Positions 60,279 through 64,000 of a stretch of 64,000 nt of DNA are shown here, one piece after another; position 1 is the first letter of the stretch; each line of letters starts with the position of its first letter. This stretch comes from Spirochaetia bacterium (lineage in GTDB: Bacteria; Spirochaetota; Spirochaetia; WTKD01; G963693115), in NCBI GenBank assembly GCA_965226055.1, contig CBDDCA010000002.1, forward strand, positions 32,001-96,000. The letters are read 5' to 3'. The translations under genes were made by a program, and so were the position numbers. A model generated the notes under the pieces. That model had not been told where the DNA came from. It searched no databases and worked only from the letters and a program-made list of their open reading frames with translations.

Positions 60279-61763
60279 ATGATGAGTAAGATTAAATATA
60301 AAGCATATACATTTGATGATGTTCTTCTGCTTCCATCATATAGCGATGTTGTTCCTTCCGAAATTTCCCTTAAAACACAGATAACAAGAAATATTTCCTT
60401 AGAAATTCCCTTAATATCTGCAGCTATGGACACAGTTACAGAAACTAAAATGGCAATCGCTCTTGCCGAACAAGGAGGAATTGGTATTATTCATAAAAAT
60501 AATACCATACAAGAACAATCTGCAATGGTGTCTGCAGTAAAAAAGTATATCTCAGGAGTAGTAAGAAACCCAGTTACTATACCATCGTATAAAAAAGTGT
60601 CAGATCTTATGGATACAATACAGAGGAATCATTTTACTGGTATGCCTGTTGTTGATGAGGGAGTACTAAAAGGCATTGTAACGAGCAGAGATATTCGTTA
60701 TGCTCAAGATCTTTCAGTTTCTATCTCTTCAATTATGACAAAAAGAGAAAGGCTTATTACTGCTACAGAATCTACTTCTTTGGATGATATAAAGCATTTA
60801 ATGTATAAACATAGATTGGAAAAAATTATACTTATTGATAACAATTCTCAGGATACTTTGTTAGGGCTGGTTACCATGAAAGATATTGAAAAATCTATTT
60901 ATTTTCCTTTTGCCACTAAAGATAAAGCAGGAAAATTAAGGGTAGGAGCTGCTCTTGGGACATCACCTGATACAGAGGAACGAGCGGAAGCCTTAGTTGA
61001 GGCAGGAGTTGATATTTTAGTAGTAGATAGTGCTCATGGACATTCAAAAGGAGTGTTGGAAACTGTTCAATATTTGCGTAATCGATTTAGTTCTGTAGAT
61101 ATTATTGGAGGAAATGTTTCTACTCCTGAAGCTGCTATGGCGTTACAGAAAGTAGGGGTTGATGCTATAAAAATTGGTATGGGACCTGGCTCCATATGCT
61201 CAACAAGAATTATTGCAGGAATAGGAGTGCCTCAGATTACTGCTCTGCTTACTATTTATGAGAAAATGAAAGATTCAAATATTCCACTGATTGCTGATGG
61301 AGGAATCCGTTATTCTGGGGATATTGCAAAAGCATTTGCAGCAGGAGCAGATACTGTGATGCTAGGAAGTATGTTTGCTGGCACAGAAGAATCTGCAGGA
61401 GAAATTGAAATATTTAATGGAAGAAATTTTAAGGTATATCGAGGTATGGGATCTTTAGGAGCTATGAATAAGCTAGGTGATAGAAATCGTTATTTTCAAG
61501 ATAAAATTGTAAATGCTAAAACAGTACCCGAAGGAGTAGAAGGAAGAGTACCATATAAAGGGAACATTTCATCGGTTATACAACAGCTTGTAGGGGGAGT
61601 ACGACAAAGTTTAGGGTATACAGGATGTAAGTCTATTTATGAAATGAAAGAAAAGGCTGAGTTTGTAGAAATAACAAATGCAGGCATGCGTGAAAGCCAT
61701 GTTCATGATATACAGATAACAAAGGAAGCACCAAACTATGTGCGTGATTCTTTTTGCTCATAA
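60279..61763 (+). CDS. guaB: IMP dehydrogenase
   Basis: TFDDVLL, SAAMDTVTE, CBS pair, GPGSICSTR, PEGVEG. Confidence 0.98.
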   Translation: MMSKIKYKAYTFDDVLLLPSYSDVVPSEISLKTQITRNISLEIPLISAAMDTVTETKMAIALAEQGGIGIIHKNNTIQEQSAMVSAVKKYISGVVRNPVTIPSYKKVSDLMDTIQRNHFTGMPVVDEGVLKGIVTSRDIRYAQDLSVSISSIMTKRERLITATESTSLDDIKHLMYKHRLEKIILIDNNSQDTLLGLVTMKDIEKSIYFPFATKDKAGKLRVGAALGTSPDTEERAEALVEAGVDILVVDSAHGHSKGVLETVQYLRNRFSSVDIIGGNVSTPEAAMALQKVGVDAIKIGMGPGSICSTRIIAGIGVPQITALLTIYEKMKDSNIPLIADGGIRYSGDIAKAFAAGADTVMLGSMFAGTEESAGEIEIFNGRNFKVYRGMGSLGAMNKLGDRNRYFQDKIVNAKTVPEGVEGRVPYKGNISSVIQQLVGGVRQSLGYTGCKSIYEMKEKAEFVEITNAGMRESHVHDIQITKEAPNYVRDSFCS

Positions 61764-61820
61764 TGAGTATAGTGATATTTCTATTTTCTATAATGTATAT
61801 ACTAAGATAGTATAAAGAGT

Positions 61821-63440
61821 ATGCAAACAAAACAGGATAGTATTCTTATTATTGATTTTGGTTCTCAATATACTCAGCTTATTGCAAGACGAGTGCGTGA
61901 ACAAAATATATTCTCTATTGTTGTTCCTTATACATATACCAAAGAGCAGATACATTCGCTTGTTATCAAGGAACATATGGTGATAAGAGGGATTATTTTA
62001 TCAGGAGGACCTGGCTCTGTTATTGAACATGATCATCCTACTATACCACAGTATGTATTTGAATACGAACTTCCACTGCTTGGTATTTGTTATGGTATGC
62101 AAGCCTTAGTGTTACATGAGAATGGCACTGTCCAATCTTCTGTATCAACACAGTCGTCTCATACATCAAATGGAAACAATGGAGAATATGGAAAAACCGA
62201 TATTTTCTTTGATACGAAAAGCGAGATTTTTTCAAGCATTGTTCAGAAACACAATCATGTTTCTAAATCGATTACTGTATGGATGAGTCATGGAGATAGC
62301 GTTGATACACTTCCTAGTGGGTATACTATACTAGCTCGTACAGAGAACGGTGTTATTGCAGCAATACATCATAAGACAAAAGCAATTCTTGCGTTACAGT
62401 TTCATCCCGAGCTTAGCCATACACAGTATGGTGAAACTATATTAGCGTATTTCTTGTTTGATATGTGTCATTGTTCAAAGACATGGAATATCGCAACATT
62501 GATTGATGATTACATTACTGATATTCAACGCACAGTACAGGATAAGCAGGTGCTTTTAGCTATTTCTGGTGGAGTAGATTCTGCTGTACTAGCATTATTA
62601 CTCCATAAAGCATTGGGCAATAAACTGCATTGCTTTTTTGTTGATAACGGCTTGCTCCGCAAGAATGAAGCTCATATGGTACTACATACTCTTTCTGATA
62701 CTATGGGCTTGACTGTCAAAAAGATAGAAGCACAGCATCTGTTTTTACAAGCACTAGAACACAGTAGTGATCCAGAAGAAAAAAGAAAAATAATTGGGAG
62801 AATGTTTATACAGGTGTTTGAGCAAGAAGCGAAAAGTATTCCTTCTTTAGATTTTCTTGCACAAGGGACAATATATCCTGATTGTATAGAGTCTGCCCGT
62901 TCTCAAGCAAACACAGCACACGTAATAAAATCTCATCATAATGTAGGAGGGCTTCCAGAGAGACTTTCTCTACGATTGTTGGAGCCACTTAGTAATCTGT
63001 TTAAGGATGAAGTAAAAAAGCTAGGAAAAGCGTTAGGACTGGATGACAGTATTTTATACAGGCATCCTTTTCCTGGTCCAGGGTTAGCTGTACGAATTCT
63101 TGGAAAAATAGATGCACATAAAATTCAGAAATTGCAAGCTGCTGATTCTATTTTTATTGAGGAGCTTCATGCGTATAATTTATACCACTCAGTAAGTCAA
63201 GCATTTGCTGTATATATCCCCGTAAAAAGTGTCGGGGTAGTAGGAGACAGAAGATCGTATGAAGATATCATTGCATTGCGAGCAGTTGAGACAGTGGATT
63301 TTATGTCAGCACGATGGGCTGCATTACCACAGAAATTTCTTGCTCATGTTTCTAATAAAATAGTAAATTCAGTACAGGGCATAAGCAGAGTGGTATATGA
63401 TATATCAGATAAACCACCAGCTACTATAGAATGGGAATAG
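61821..63440 (+). CDS. guaA: GMP synthase
   Basis: DFGSQY, GICYGMQ, SGGVDS, IKSHHNVGGLP, KPPATIEWE. Confidence 0.98.
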   Translation: MQTKQDSILIIDFGSQYTQLIARRVREQNIFSIVVPYTYTKEQIHSLVIKEHMVIRGIILSGGPGSVIEHDHPTIPQYVFEYELPLLGICYGMQALVLHENGTVQSSVSTQSSHTSNGNNGEYGKTDIFFDTKSEIFSSIVQKHNHVSKSITVWMSHGDSVDTLPSGYTILARTENGVIAAIHHKTKAILALQFHPELSHTQYGETILAYFLFDMCHCSKTWNIATLIDDYITDIQRTVQDKQVLLAISGGVDSAVLALLLHKALGNKLHCFFVDNGLLRKNEAHMVLHTLSDTMGLTVKKIEAQHLFLQALEHSSDPEEKRKIIGRMFIQVFEQEAKSIPSLDFLAQGTIYPDCIESARSQANTAHVIKSHHNVGGLPERLSLRLLEPLSNLFKDEVKKLGKALGLDDSILYRHPFPGPGLAVRILGKIDAHKIQKLQAADSIFIEELHAYNLYHSVSQAFAVYIPVKSVGVVGDRRSYEDIIALRAVETVDFMSARWAALPQKFLAHVSNKIVNSVQGISRVVYDISDKPPATIEWE

Positions 63441-63442
63441 AG

Positions 63443-64000
63443 TTATTCAGCTTCAATAAAATCTGCAGGGATAAGATAATCTAAATTTGCATGACGAGGA
63501 TCTTTTTTTTGGAGTGATGTTATTCTCTCTATACCAATGTTAGTAATATCTATATTGATAATTTTCCAGCTTTTTGCTTTTTTTTCTAAAAAAAATGTAT
63601 AATTTCGTATTTCTTTTCTTTGATTATCATATACTTTTGATACTAATGCTGCTACTGTTGCTTTTGTGCTTGTTCGTTGTACCTCATCAATAGAAAAGGC
63701 TGTATCTATGAGAAACATATAATCTTCTTGATATGATATATTTTTGATAAATGAAAGAAGTTCCTTGCGTTGCTGATGGTACGCAAGTGTATTGAATTGC
63801 CTTGTATCTTGTACTATATTGAGATAAAATGAATACAGGTCTACAGTACTAAAAAACTCATCCCAGTTGGTGTTTATAGCAGATTGCAATGCTTTTTTTA
63901 CTGCATCTTCAGGATAATAGAATGTTTGTGATATTCTCCCTTCATTTGTATTCTCATTTCCAAATTCAGTTTGAGTAGTGTTTTCAAAGAATGTGGTATC
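63443..64000 (-). CDS. Hypothetical protein, 5' end outside the window
   Basis: Frame is open from the window edge to the stop at 63443. Confidence 0.6.
   Translation of the reverse strand, partial: DTTFFENTTQTEFGNENTNEGRISQTFYYPEDAVKKALQSAINTNWDEFFSTVDLYSFYLNIVQDTRQFNTLAYHQQRKELLSFIKNISYQEDYMFLIDTAFSIDEVQRTSTKATVAALVSKVYDNQRKEIRNYTFFLEKKAKSWKIINIDITNIGIERITSLQKKDPRHANLDYLIPADFIEAE

Overview
AT-rich bacterial chromosome segment, probably from a host-associated spirochaete (inferred from the pallilysin-adhesin-like gene and the smpB/PEGA-FGE/lepB-lepB gene order). Core content: ffh-rpsP-khpA-rimM-trmD (no rplS), an atypical inositol/polyol catabolic cluster with a transaldolase, dapB, pta, tyrA, folD, purA, tmRNA plus smpB, two signal peptidase genes, carAB, leuA-cimA, a decayed restriction-modification pair, trpEGD and guaBA. 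The main accessory region (about 32-46 kb) is a surface-antigen contingency locus. Two inverted 1082-bp IS30-family copies sit beside two paralogous ~1,580-aa lipoproteins with FN3-like stalks and BspA/DUF285 tips. One is frameshifted OFF by a G14 tract in its signal-peptide region; the other has a T14 tract upstream of its promoter. A third, small BspA lipoprotein and coiled-coil genes lie nearby. Four solo ends of the same IS lie elsewhere in the window, all pointing into a downstream gene. Upstream of leuA-cimA is an unannotated leader-peptide attenuator (MERNITIQSIILLLIS) with an extra long-range helix. All calls are by eye; no searches were run.
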